Positions 14,801 through 28,400 of a stretch of DNA of 63,155 nucleotides are shown here, in pieces. The stretch is from Catajapyx aquilonaris. Lineage: Eukaryota. A model generated the notes under the pieces. It was not told the origin of the DNA, did not search any database, and saw only the letters and a program-made list of their open reading frames with translations. The stretch is taken from NCBI GenBank assembly GCA_000934665.2, contig KZ538612.1, forward strand, positions 1-63,155. Direction: 5' to 3'. The translations under genes and the position numbers were made by a program. Position 1 is the first letter of the stretch. Each line of letters opens with the position of its first letter.

Positions 14801-16353
14801 TTTGGGAAATATCTCAACGGTCAGCGATGGCCAAAGTATTCCTCTCTTACTCCTCCAAAGCGCGATTACTTTGGGCTATTGGTTTTTGCACAGTTATTTG
14901 AACCGTTTCACCACCTCGCCTTGTAAAATCGGAGGGAATACTTCCGAAAATAGAACAGTTGGTTCCCTGTCCAGGTTGCCAGGGAACTGGTTCATGTTAA
15001 ATAATTTAAAAAGCGCATGGCAACAGGGAACCAACAACTGTTCTATTTTCGGAAGTACTCCCTCCGATTTTAAGTGACGTGGTAGAACGGTTTAAATAGC
15101 TGAGCGAAAACCAATAGCCCAAATTAATCGCGCTTTGGAGGAGTAAGAGAGGAATACTTTGGCCATTGCTGACCGGTGAGATATTTCCCAAATTCGAATT
15201 CGGAGTCAAGATGTCGTGAGCCGTTTTTCAAAACCTCCCCCCCTTGTGGATCTCGCAATTATTATTCTATTTGATCGAAACTCCTTCGAGGGCTCAACTG
15301 GACCTTCCTCGCCACGCTGTGAAAATTTCTGGTGCCTGCATTGGCGGTGCAAAGAGAACACTTCACTCATGACTAGGCCAAACTTGGCCTGCGATTGTGA
15401 TAAATCGCAACGGTATCAGGCGCCCTTAACTAATCAAACTATCCACAACCCTGGCATTTGTATTTTGAAAATAATTTGTCTATTATTCACTGCATCACCA
15501 TGGCCAATAGAATTTCATGTAGGTTTTTAAATGTTAATTATATTATTTCATATGCAGATTGTCTACATATCCTTGGACATTCCTGCTTCGTTATGATCAT
15601 GCTTCTTTCTTAGATCCTTTGCCTTCAATATGCCAGCACTACTAATGTTCCCATCCTGCAGCATTTTAACCCCACCTCCACATAAAGTATCATTTTAAGC
15701 ATACTCACACCACAACTGGGCTAACTTGTCGATAAGCAGCAGCCCCACAAGCCCCACAATACTGGTAACCAGCATGCCTGTAATTAAATAAAAACCTGCT
15801 GAAATTATGTTTCAACCACCACATATCTTGATTGGAATACTGACGGTGCTATGATGGCTCTGGCAGGTCCATGGGTAGGATCTGCCTCTCCCAGCCAAGT
15901 CTCAAGCTGCTTGTCCAATTCCTTCACTGCCCAGACAGAACACCAAATTAAAATTGCAGTGTATGCTATACCATTGCTAAACCATTATCACAGATGTCAA
16001 AGCCCCAATCATACAATTTGAGTCCCGGGTTTTAAAAACATCTATTTAAAAAATAACTTGTTAAAAACCTGGGGCGGTAGAGTGGTGCAGTGGTAATGCT
16101 CACGCCCATGGACAGAAAAGGTCCCAGGTTCAATCCCAAGCCTGAGTTTCCCCATTTCTCATCTCGCATAGTTTTGCTTTATCTGGCTTCGCCGCAGGTG
16201 GATCTGCACTAGACTAACCAACTAGAGGACTCACCTGCACCAGCACATCTCCCTTCCCTCGCTTGCGGTACCCAGGCTTTACGGAAAAGGACTGTGCTTG
16301 TACACAATACGCAAATTAAGGTACTGGGCCAGATGGTTAAATTATTATTATTA

Positions 16354-16402
<49 letters not shown>

Positions 16403-19400
16403 ACAAAAACCTTGAGGCATGAATCATTGTAAGATGGGATCCCAAGCCACAAATTACACTGAAATGCACGTTAGCATCTCAGCAATGTGCCCACATTTCC
16501 AAGCCACAGCTACATAAACTCTACCGCAAAAGTATTTGCCTACTATACATTTGGAGGAGAGGGAGATGAGGAGGTGGAGGTGTATGGAAATAGGCCAAGA
16601 AAACTATGCAAGTGGGAGTGCCATGGCTTCTGGGGTGAGAGGAAGTGACAAACCAAGATTCGGAAATGGCCAATCAATTTGTCTGAATTGCTGCAGGCAT
16701 ACTGGCCTGTGTCTTGACAGCACGTAATAAATGCCATGAAACATCCAACTCTCAATAGAAACCTGTCACACGAGCGGCATTTTGCATCATCATCCCACTA
16801 GAAGATGGGTATAAAAGTGGTCATTGCGGATTTGTGGGAACATTGCAAATTGAAAATGGGATGTGGCAAGGAGGTAGGTGAAGATGTGTGCCAAATTGTG
16901 AAGCTGCATGGGGAATGACATTCTGGCCCTGCCATAGCAATAACCCCCGGCAGGTCAATGCAATGGTGTGGAACATATGGCAACTAAGGAGACCTGGTCA
17001 ACTGTCCCCAAGAGGCAATTTGACAAGCCTCTGAAGACCATCCCTCAGGATGAGGGGATACTACTCATTCACGAGAACCAGGGGATACTACTCATTCACG
17101 AGAACCAGCAGATAACCACAGCAGAGCTCAACCACAAATGGGTCCAACACAGAACAAACGACGTCTGAGTCCACATGTCTGTGTCACATACGAGTACATA
17201 AGCTTGGCTACAGCTTTCCAATAAGGTAGCTAACTGTTGTCATTGACCTTGGCTGTTTCCTATTGAGTGAATAACGCCCCATTCCAGCCTAACACTAACA
17301 AACACACACCCATCCACCCCCCAATCAAGTGAGGAAAAGCGTGGTGTGCTCACTCAAGCTCAGGAACTGGGTGCAGAGGCAATGGGAGAGCATCACCTTC
17401 AGTGATGAATCGACTTTTGAGTTGGCCGTGGGTGATACCTGCATGTGTCATTTGCAAGAGTGACAAGTTATTCCACCCCAACTGTGTATGCCAAACTGTT
17501 AAGTTCCCAGGCAAACTGATGGTGTGGGGTTGTATGGGACACGGAGGACTAGAAATGCTCCACCTTGTCAATGGCACCATAAACTCCCAGGCATACCAAG
17601 TCACACTGAAGATGAGCCTCCTGCCCTTCAGCCCTCATCTTTGCCCTGACGATGAGCTCATCTTTCAGTCCCTGTCACACTGCCAAGCGCACCAGGCACT
17701 GCCTGCAGTCCTGAATGCCTGGAGAGTGGAGGAACACAACATCCAACTGTGGCAGTCCTCCTGGCCACCAGAGTGCCAAGGAGAGGGTGAAGTGATTCCA
17801 TTTAGTGCTCAGAATACGCTTGAAAGGGGGTAGAGCATGACGTCAGCAGGAGAGAGCAGCATTAGGGAAGAGAGGACAAGTAGAGGTGACCATCTCTGTT
17901 GTTGTGTCATGGGAAGCCATCGGTCCAATGACATGGAGAAAATAGATCACTTAACCGGCGGCCATCTTGAATCGAGTTGAAATTTCGGCGGCCATGACAG
18001 TAAAGGGAAAGAATTGCCGGAAATTTCACAAATCAGTTTAAAATGAGGCTTTGCTGGGGCAGCAAGTTCATAGGTAGATTATATGCAACAAATCTTTAAC
18101 AAACAGTTTAAGAATTCGGATTCAGCGTGTCAATATAGGTTTCAAATTCAAGTTCCTGTACAGGCCACTTCCGGTTTCCCAGGTTCACTTTATCCTTGTA
18201 CAGGCAGGTACCGGTAACCATATGATTTAGATTTTGAAATTAGTTTCCTGAAATAACTACCACAATAACTATCAAAAGCCCTGAATTCTGCCAAGTACAA
18301 GCAATCACCCATTTGGAACGTGATTTGATTTCGTTTGATTTCCTCTGGCCGCCATGACAGAAGAGGGGAAAACAAAGGGTTTCCCCCCCCCCCCNNNNNN
18401 NNNNNNNNNNNNNNNNNNNNNNNNNNNNNNNNNNNNNNNNNNNNNNNNNNNNNNNNNNNNNNNNNNNNNNNNNNNNNNNNNNNNNGTGATCAGGTCTTGA
18501 CTAAGGTCTGGGGACGGAAGTCTGTGGTTTTACTGTAGCTGTGGGGACCAGTTCCAATTGTGGGGACATTTGTCGGTCCCCACAGTCTCACACACGCGAA
18601 GTGTACCATTACAGTGGGGACATGTGTAAATTAGTGGGGACATGTCCCCACTATTTTCATTTGTAGGTTTTCACAAAAGTCCATTTTTCTCAGCCTAGGT
18701 TACTTAGGGTAGGGTAGGTTAGGTAGGATAGGATAGGTTAGGTTAGGTTAGGTTAGGTTGGGTTAGGTTAGATCAGTTTACACTCGCAGTGAAAAGTGAT
18801 CAATGTCCGTCCCCACGCCTTAGTCAAGACAAGAGTGTGTGTGTGTGTGTGTGTGTGTTTTTTTTTTTTGGTTTTTGTTTTTTTGCATGTAACTGTCTCG
18901 TTCAAGTCAGTTTCATACAGAAACTGTAGTCTTCTTGCTGGGAGATAGGACAAAGGCGATGGGGGCTAGGCCTAGTTGCCCAAAGGAGTTGCTGGGCCAA
19001 GAGCTGGGCAGGCACGCCATGCCACACCACTGCACTGTTACAAAACTGACTGCCCAACAGCCCAGACTTCAATCCTATTTTAGATAGGCTACCGTATTTG
19101 GTGCAAGATGAAGCGAAGGCTGTGTCACGTTCGACACCACTCCTTGGAGGCCTTATGCACAAAGATCAAGGCTGTCTGGGAGAGCATCACAGGTGTGTGC
19201 ACAGAACCTCTACTCACCCGTGACTGCCCAAATGGAAGCTGTCATCACTGCAAAAAGGGACACTGCACCGCATTAGACTGGGCCAACACATTTGACGAGC
19301 CTTGCACAGTGGGCTAAGTCTTTGGAGGTAATTCGGACACATTGATTGGCCATTATTTCCTGCATTAATCTGGATATAAAATAATGTTTGGCAATTAGCT

Positions 19401-22400
19401 AGGTTGATCACTTTCTGTGTCACTCCAGCCTGCACCTACAAAAATGCGACTGAAGTGGAGGCCATATTGTTAATTGCCTCAGACTTAGCCAGTGATAACA
19501 CCCATTCACCAACCATCCGCACACCCTGCTCCCCGCTCCGTTTAATTCCATGTTCCCTCCTGCCAGCTCCTGCCCATCCACCAGGTCCCCTCTGCCCTGT
19601 GACATAACTGGCGTAACAGAGCGATGGAGGGGATGGGTGGGTGGGGCAGGGGGGAAAGGTTGATATGTCCAGTGGGAGAGAGATGGAAGCAAAGCTGCTT
19701 TAGTTTCCTTCCTCACCCAGCTGATGTCGTGGCACCTCTTGCGCTGTCGCAGAACGAGGGCCAATTGCAAGTGTCACACAAACACCATGGGCTTGATAAC
19801 GATTTTAAAAGTAAAGCTATCAACAAGGATTATATAATATGGCTAGAAAGGGATTTTAAAAGTACAGCAAGAAAAGGATTTTAATAGTGCACGTAGGAAA
19901 TATCTATCTACTACAAGTAACCTATCCTATGATGCAGCTATGGCGTTGGCTCGCCTGCCTCGGTTTCTAGAGGGCAGTGCATACCAGGCCTTTCACTTTC
20001 ACGTTTTTTTAAAAACACCCATATTTTTCCAGCTTTGACAGCTCTAGAGGCAACACTCGAGCCTGTCACTCCGAGCGCCATCAAACAGCCTAGGTCACTT
20101 TGCTATCCAGCCAATCCAGGATGCCTGAAGAAAGCTGGAACTCTCTTTTGACCATTTGAAAGAAGGCATGAAGAAATCCTGTGCAGCAGCCTGGCTGACG
20201 TGATTTCACAGCTGGTGACACACATCAGGTTTGACACAAAACTTATCGACCTTGGATGAGGTTTTGCTTGTTGCCAAATTGGCAGAAGACATACAAAGGT
20301 GGCACACGGGGTTGCAGCCTCAATATTCAGGCATGTCAGCTATCAATACCCAGGGACCCAAAATACCAGCCATGAAGTGGAGTAGGAGCACTCCTGTCCA
20401 GGGTCCTCCAGAGGGTCACTCCTCCCATTCTCACGGCGACAGCCATGGTTGTAGTCGAGGACACCCTCAACAAACCAATCCCAGTGCAGGCAAAATAATC
20501 TGCGAATACTGTCACGAGCTTCACCACTCAAAACAAGAATATTGGAACCTTGAAAAAGACATGGAAGAATGGGGAAAAGCCAAGTCTCGGTTACTAGGAA
20601 ATAACCTGAAGTTGGCATTGAGGAGCAGATGCCTACAACGATTGGTTCTCTGAGAAGCCAATCTTCTCAGTAGCCCTCTCATTCAGTGACCTCGGCCACC
20701 ATGACTTCCATTAGCATTTACGACAAGGTGCACCGCACGTAGGTCAATTCATATGCTGTTGTATGAGAATCCCTATACAGTCATGCCACACTTCTTTGCA
20801 TTTGAAAGATATAAGGCGCCCTGTTCCGAAAGGAAAGGTTCGCATGCCAGTTTACATCAGTGATATTACTCACCAGCAGAAATTTCTTGTCATCCCAAAG
20901 CCCACTGAAAATGTCATCCTTGGAGTTGACTTCCTTTAACAGACATCAAGAAGGATTGACTCTGAATTCCGCACAAATCCTGCCGACCCCGATCGAAAGT
21001 ACAGAAACTCTTCCCCTCCCCCCCTCCTCCACCAGATGTGCCAAGAAGCGGTTGTTTCATGATGTTTCTCCTCAAGAACATGATTTCCTGGAAGTGGGTG
21101 TTGTGGAGCCCCATTGGGATAATGTGGACAAGTTCCACCTGGTCCTAGCTCACTCTCAGTGCATCATAATGCCCAAAAACCAGCTTCCCATAAATAGGCA
21201 GTAGCAAATGGTATTAAGTACTTCAGAGCACAGGTTGCCAGGCCAGGACAGTCTTCCATCCTTTCAGAACAAGGGAGTGGTTTTTTGCCCAAATTCAAAT
21301 TTCAATTCCTAGAAATTTCGATGACCTTATCCTGATCCTGCACTGGCATGTTCGGAAGTGGTAAAGACATCTCAAACGGGGGTTCCTATCAAATTGATTG
21401 ATATGTCCATCTTGGGAAAATAATTTCTAAACTGTTGTGCCAGTTAATTGATGGTTCCAGTATGTTGACTTGGGACGCTGACCTCCACTAGGCCTCCACA
21501 GTCACTTTGAAATTCTTGGGAGTGTTGGAAAGCAAGCAAAGTTGCTTCCTTGTACTATCAGTCCACCAAGAATTGTCGTAGCGGCAGCACACGAACTACA
21601 GTTACGAACACTTCCGGGGGGAGAAGTCACTGGAGAAGTGCTCGTAGACTGTAGTTCGTGCGCTGCCGCTACGACAATTCTTGGTGGACTGATAGTACAC
21701 AACATCCCCAAAACTGGAATTTCTTCATTATTCCTTCGATTTTGTCTTGCATATTAAATACAGGGTGGATCCGCTAACTCTGGCAAAAATCACAGGGTGG
21801 GTAGAGGCCCCCATAGGCAAGTATTTTGAGCTTCAGTACCCATGTCCGGAAATGCCCCCGTACGGGGGTACGGCCGTTTCCACCTTTAATATGTTGCGCC
21901 TGGTGGGTAGACAACCCATCGTACTTGAAGGTTGCGTTCATCAGGTTTTGCAATTTGTCAAGTGCAAAACCTGATGAACGCCTGATGAACATGGGTACTG
22001 AAGCTCAAAATACTTGCCTATGGGGGCCTCTACCCACCCTGTGATTTTTGCCAGAGTTAGCGGATCCACCCTGTATATTGCCGTTGGTGCCTTGAAGCCC
22101 TAAGCTGAATTCTTTGAGATGTGAAAAAATTTCGGCCCTCTTGATAGCTGCCTGACCTCGATGTGAAGTAACAAGGTTACGTGGTTGCTTCTCATTTCTT
22201 CGAACAGCAAAATAATAATTGACAATTGAGAGGCTGAGCCTTCACAAAACCCACTATTTTGATGGCATCGTCAAGTACTGCTTAGAGCTGGAGGAATAAT
22301 TTTCGCAGCAACTCTCATTGTGAATACTACAGTGAACCCACTTTGCTTCAGTGGCCACTGACTTCACTTGAGCCACAAGCCAGCTGTTTTCCAGTCGTTG

Positions 22401-25400
22401 ATTTTGTACCATCAGTACAACACAAATGCGGTAACATTTTGACCACTCAATGTTGTTCTGCTTCATCAACTCAACATCATGGTGAAAATATCTTCTGCGG
22501 CAGTCCTGGCCAGAAGGGAACGGCAAAATAAAATATATTTCCTGAGGCACCGAAACACCCTATGTAGACCAGCAGCGGGGCTAACGAAGCCGGCTACATC
22601 TGTAGATTCATCTACTTGCAGGGGATAAAAGGGAGTGTTCCTCACGTCGAATTACTTTCCTAGCAGCCCCATAACCCACGAATAGCTACACTTCCACTAC
22701 TACTACTCCCGGACCCAGCTCCCTGCACTGTTTTCTGTTCCGTTGTCTGAAATCGGTACTGCAGGGCCACCGTTTTAGATCATCAACAGCCATTATGAAG
22801 AAGGCGGAGGCAGTTCTGAAGACAACGTCAAAAAACGGGTTCTAGCATGTCCTCCACGACTACCAGAAATGTCGGGCCAAGTGCATACAATCAATGGGGA
22901 CTATCTCGAAAAACACAATATCAACTTGTGTGTGAACCCTGCTTTATGTATTCCGTGAAAAATAAATTCTTTCTCATTCTTTATTGACTTGAACTTGTAC
23001 TTTTCCACTCTTGATTGAGCTTCAGGACTGGCTGGTAGAAATCTCTTCAGAAGATAAATCCATCACTCCCTTTTCCGTCCCTGTAGGCAGACTACATGAG
23101 TTCCAAGTTCTCTCTTTTGGGCTAGTCAATGCCTAATCAAAATTCCAAAGACTCATTGAGTTAGTGGTCACTGGACTTGCCTGGGAAACATGCCTAATTT
23201 ATCTGGGTGATGTCCTGGTTTTTGCCCCCTCATTTCCTATGCATCTGCGACAGGTTGGAAACTGTACTTTGCCAACTTGAAGCAGCTAACATGAAGGTCA
23301 AACCTTCAAAATGCCAGTTTGCACTCTCTGAAATAAAGTACTTGGGACATGTTGTTACCCAAAAGGCATACACCTTGACCCTGAGATGGTCGTCAGTGTC
23401 ACTTCCTACCCTATCCCGAAAACAGTGTGAAAGGTGAGATCCTTCATCAGCCTTGCCTCCTACTACAAAAGGTTCATCCAAAAATTGTCAGAAATTGTGA
23501 AACCATTACACACATCCCCAGGAGAAGCAATATTCAAGTGGGCTTAAATGAACAAAGCACTTTTGACATCCTGAAGGAGAAATTGACATCAGTCTTCATA
23601 TTGGTGTATCCTCAATTCTCCAAGCCATCTCGCATCTGCAGTGCTGTTGGGATGGCCAACATTCTGGCTCAGGTGCAAGATGGAGTTGAATGTGCCCTCA
23701 TCAACTCGACCATAAGCCTCATCTGAACAGTCCTACTCCATGATTGAGAGAAAGGCACTTGGGGTCATCCAGGCACTAAAAGCATTCTGCCAAACCACAA
23801 CTTGCTGGAGTGGAGGAAAAACTGAATGTTCGCCAGGCAGATCTTGATCTTTGAGAAGTATGCACCTCATTTCTCGAACTAACCAGGGAAAGTCTTCTCC
23901 CACATGGACACTAGGGTGTAGCGTCATTGGACGAATTTTATCGGATCAAAAGGCACATTTCAGGTTTTGTTAAGTGGACCTCCCAAACTTCAAATATGAA
24001 AATAATTTTTTTTTCCGACAAGTGTAACACCCCCTTTTTTGACCTTGAAAATTGTTAAAATGCTTAACTTGGACCAATGAATGCTTACCAGCGACATAGT
24101 TGCGGACATATTGGTAAATGCATGGCATAGGGAATCGCAGCTATGTCTCCTCTACTCCTGTGCCAAATTTGGTTGACAGGAAACCAACAGCAAAGCCACA
24201 AAAAAATGGAACAGTGACCCCCCGCCAGTTCCGCGCAAGGCGATGCTCGTTTCCCACCTCCTCCCATTCTCGTCAGTAAAGAAGCACTACTCCAGCTACT
24301 CCCAAAGAAAGGGTCGCAGGGTTTGTCGAGATGATTAAGGCCACTGCCTCCCACCTCTGGGGACTTGAGTTCGAGTCCCGGCTAGGACTAAGTTTGCCTA
24401 TATGAGCGTCATTGAGCGAATGTTGCACTTATCTTCTAAAGTCAAATATGAAAGGAAATTTTTTGGATAAGTGCGAAATTTCATGCGAAAATCCTTTAAA
24501 TAGCCATTTGCCCATAAATTTATGTTGCAGTCATCCAGATATGAAAGCTTTTTTAAAATTGTCTAATCAATATTTTATTTTTGCAATAAGCACATACACT
24601 GTCATACACTGCTATACATAAGTACAGAGTGCAGTTTATTTAGGAAATGGTCTTTCTTACTTCCGAAGGAAGGCATAAAGTCACGGGATTTACATACTGA
24701 CCTAATATAGCCATCTCTTGCCTCCTTTCCGTAAACTGCCTCGGATGCTTCAGGACCACCTTCACGCATCTTTCCACTGCTTGAGAGTGACATTGTATCG
24801 TTACGACAAGGGGTTCCTCAATATTATCCTCTCAAGCTTTTAGATGGAGAACTGCATTGTGAGTGGAGGTTCCGTCTTGCACTCTTCCACTGGTGGAAGG
24901 AGATCTTTCAAAATCTGAGATCTTTTCTGGACCTTTGGAGGGCGAAATTCTCTGGTTTGCTGTTTGGGAAGTTGCCGAAAGGTCTTGATTACATCGACTG
25001 CCAATTTCCGGTTTTCATGGTCATCATCTGCAAGCATCGCTAGTAACACATTTTCATGGTGAGCCCAATACGCGTTTCTTTGGATAACACGCCATAAAAT
25101 ATCCTCGCTTGCCGGTGGCAATAGTGTTAGCAGCTTGATTTGGTGCAAAAAATGTTTCGGGCCATCTGTACATCTTGGGTGACGTTTGATCCTGAACCAC
25201 ATGGGTCCATAGTGGCATACGACGCACTGTGTGAGTAAACGCAGCTCTTCACAGATGGCCCGAAACATTTATTGCAATTTATGCATATTTATTGCAAAAA
25301 TAAAATATTGATTAGACAATTTTAAAAAAGCTTTCATATCTGGATGACTGCAACATAAATTTATGGGCAAATGGCTATTTAAAGGATTTTCGCATGAAAT

Positions 25401-28400
25401 TTCGCACTTATCCAAAAAATTTCCTTTCATATTTGACTTTAGAAGATAAGTGCAACATTCGCTCAATGGCGCTGATATAGGCAAACTTAGTCCTAGCCGG
25501 GACTCGAACTCAAGTCCCCAGAGGTGGGAGGCAGTGGCCTTAATCATCTCGACAAACCCTGCGACCCTTTCTTTGGGAGTAGCTGGAGTAGTGCTTCTTT
25601 ACTGACGAGAATGGGAGGAGGTGGGAAACGAGCATCGCCTTGCGCGAAACTGGCGGGGGGTCACTGTTCCATTTTTTTGTGGCTTTGCTGTTGGTTTCCT
25701 GTCAACCAAATTTGGCACAGGAGTAGAGGAGACATAGCTGCGATTCCCTATGCCATGCATTTACCAATATGTCCGCAACTATGTCGCTGGTAAGCATTCA
25801 TTGGTCCAAGTTAAGCATTTTAACAATTTTCAAGGTCAAAAAAGGGGGTGTTACACTTGTCGGAAAAAAAAATTATTTTCATATTTGAAGTTTGGGAGGT
25901 CCACTTAACAAAACCTGAAATGTGCCTCCAGATCGCCCATGACGCTACACCCTAATGGACACCCTTTCTGGACTACCCATTCATTTTGTCACGGCATTAA
26001 TCCGATGATGGAGTAGCCAGTGATGACCAGGTACATACATCTGGTCATTTCAAATGACCATACAATGAATCTCTGGTGACTTGCCAGACGACGCAGAGGA
26101 TATAATGGCTGTATTGATGAGGAAATTGATAACATAATGGATGTTACTGGACGTTAAAATACAATAGTGACACAGATGATGGCATTTCAAGTGTATAAAA
26201 ATTGGAGTATAGGACTTTCTACTTACTGGAAAGCAGCTGTATCAGCCACATTCCTTTAAGCAGGACCTTGTTGGACCACCCTGCATGAATATGGTAATAT
26301 GCAGGGTGTACCAAGATTGCACAACCACAGGTATGCAACATAATTCTATGGGGTAAGGGAAATGAAACACTTAGAATGTCAACATTTAGCACATATCAGA
26401 CCTCCATACCCCACAAAAAAATGCTAGTGGGAAGTGGCACTTGTTTCATTGTTATCCCTCATGTAAACCACACATGTAAGAGGCTGTTTAACCTGTTGAG
26501 GGAAACATCCATCATATGATGGTCTGTGGATGTTTGAATTTGGCGCGCTAAAATGTGCACGGAGAATTCGAACTTCGCGGTTCCAAATTCGGTTCAATAT
26601 ACTCCCGAGATCTCTTAGATGGTGACTAAACTTCTATGAGACTCCCACAATCCACTGGGCAGGAACCAAGCTGAGTCGAACATGCCAAGGCCACACGTCT
26701 ACCGCGTCATCTTTCATGTAAAAAAAAAAAACCTTAGTACAGGGTGTCCATTAAGTTTCTCATACTAGTGTTGTGGTAATATTATGCAACCATAACAACA
26801 GTGTATAGTGATTATGTCAACTTGTTAGGCCTATCGACGTTATGCGAGCCAAACAATTATTTAAGGGGCGTTTAGACGTGGCAACTTGGTTGTGCAACTC
26901 GTTGCCTACAACCCACTGCGTGATCATCACATGCAACCAGCTCGCAACTTCCAAGATGGCGTCTCTTGAAGAGCACGATACATATCAGCTGCTATAAGCA
27001 CCTATTACAAAACATGACAGCACCTACGTGGGTTGGAAAGTTTCCGAAAACTTCTGAAATGCAGGGCTTCCCAATATTTTTCATTGGTGACCCCAGAAAA
27101 TCGTATCATAAAATTCGCGACTCCTAAAATTCCAATTCCATCCTCCCCATTGTCAATGGCAAACATTGATAAATAATTAATACAATTTCTCGTTTACAGG
27201 CATATTTTTCCAGATATATGATGATTTTATTAAAATATACATTAGTGTGTGACCCTCCCTCACGACCCCAAATATTATGTTCGTGACTCACAGCTTGTCT
27301 TAATGCTATAACTTATCTTGCACTGGATAAATTACAGCTGACATTCATATAAAACCTCAATAAATTCTGGCGAGAATTCTGGCCATTAATGAAGTCACAA
27401 CTATCAAATATGCAGCGAGTTCATAATTTGTATGCTTCATAATAATTATGCTCTGTAACTTCCAATTTAGGCTCACCTGTCATCTATCAGATGATTTTCC
27501 AACACCTATTGCATAATTTCTTCAGTACCGGTATATTTTATATCCCAAGGAAAGATTTCCTTTACGATATGTCAATTGGTCATCATCTGCCCTCGCAAAG
27601 TGCGCCCCAAAAGCACGCCTCCACTCATTTCCCGCCATCTTGCCCTTATGACACACCCCATGTTGCCGCAACCAGAAAGCTCCCGGGAGCAACCTGGTTG
27701 CAGCCCCCGGTTGTGGCACTAGTTGCAGCATTTTTTGGGTTGCATACAACTTCCTATTCTCTCCATGTAGTTCAAGTTGCGCAACTAAGTTGCCACGTCT
27801 GAACGCCCCTTTAGAAATTATTACTGGAACACCCTGCAGATGATTTTCCCCCGGTATTTTACATTAAAAAGGACCACCACTAATTAAAATGATTTATTTT
27901 GGCGCGAAGTTGTTATTCATTAATATCACTCCTACATCAAATTTTGGACGAAAGAGAGAAAAACTGCACAAAACCTGCCAAAAACTCTGCCGTCAACAGG
28001 TTTAACACCTGCTTACATAGTGAAAGTACTCTCGAATGAACTCTTGTATGTTTACATACATCAAAAGTACTGTTGTAAGCACTTATTCGCTTATTAAATA
28101 TTGGTCACTTAATTCCCTGTGGTACACTCACATTGCTTATGAACCAAAAGAGTCATACCCTGGTGTAGTTAATACAGTTTCCCTCGACTAAAACCATGTA
28201 CTGTACATTAATATATGTTCCTATCAATACAAAGTGTCAGGGTCAGTCAATGAATTCTCGGCTGACAAAGGAGTCGACGTATAAGAATATGTTGCCACTA
28301 AATTGTAGTGGTACTCGCTAGAACAGCACCCACCAAGTTTCATTGAGATTGCATCATTCCACTGGGAGTATTGTACACTTGAGATGGTGAAAGTGTGGGC

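Larger units (their letters stand above)
16900..19430 (+). mobile_element. Tc1-type transposase relic split by insertions and an assembly gap
   Basis: [28 protein letters not shown] (17.4-17.7 kb) and PNSPDFNPI...IKAVWESI (19.05-19.2 kb); boundaries approximate. Confidence 0.75.
20231..23800 (+). mobile_element. Ty3/Gypsy gag-pol relic with nested insertions
   Basis: Degenerate CEYCHELHH knuckle; RT FGLVNA...CLIYL..., [19 protein letters not shown]; RNase [27 protein letters not shown]; frameshifts and stops. Confidence 0.8.
26492..28000. mobile_element. piggyBac-like MITE (outer shell of a nested cluster)
   Basis: TTAA-CCTGTTGA...TCAACAGG-TTTAA. Confidence 0.55.

Noticed and set aside
18697..18770. 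True telomere
   Set aside because: Short, degenerate and inside a MEMO1 intron.
24085..25793. Duplicated 89-aa and 69/92-aa ORFs as genes
   Set aside because: They are mirror translations of the hAT element's TIRs.
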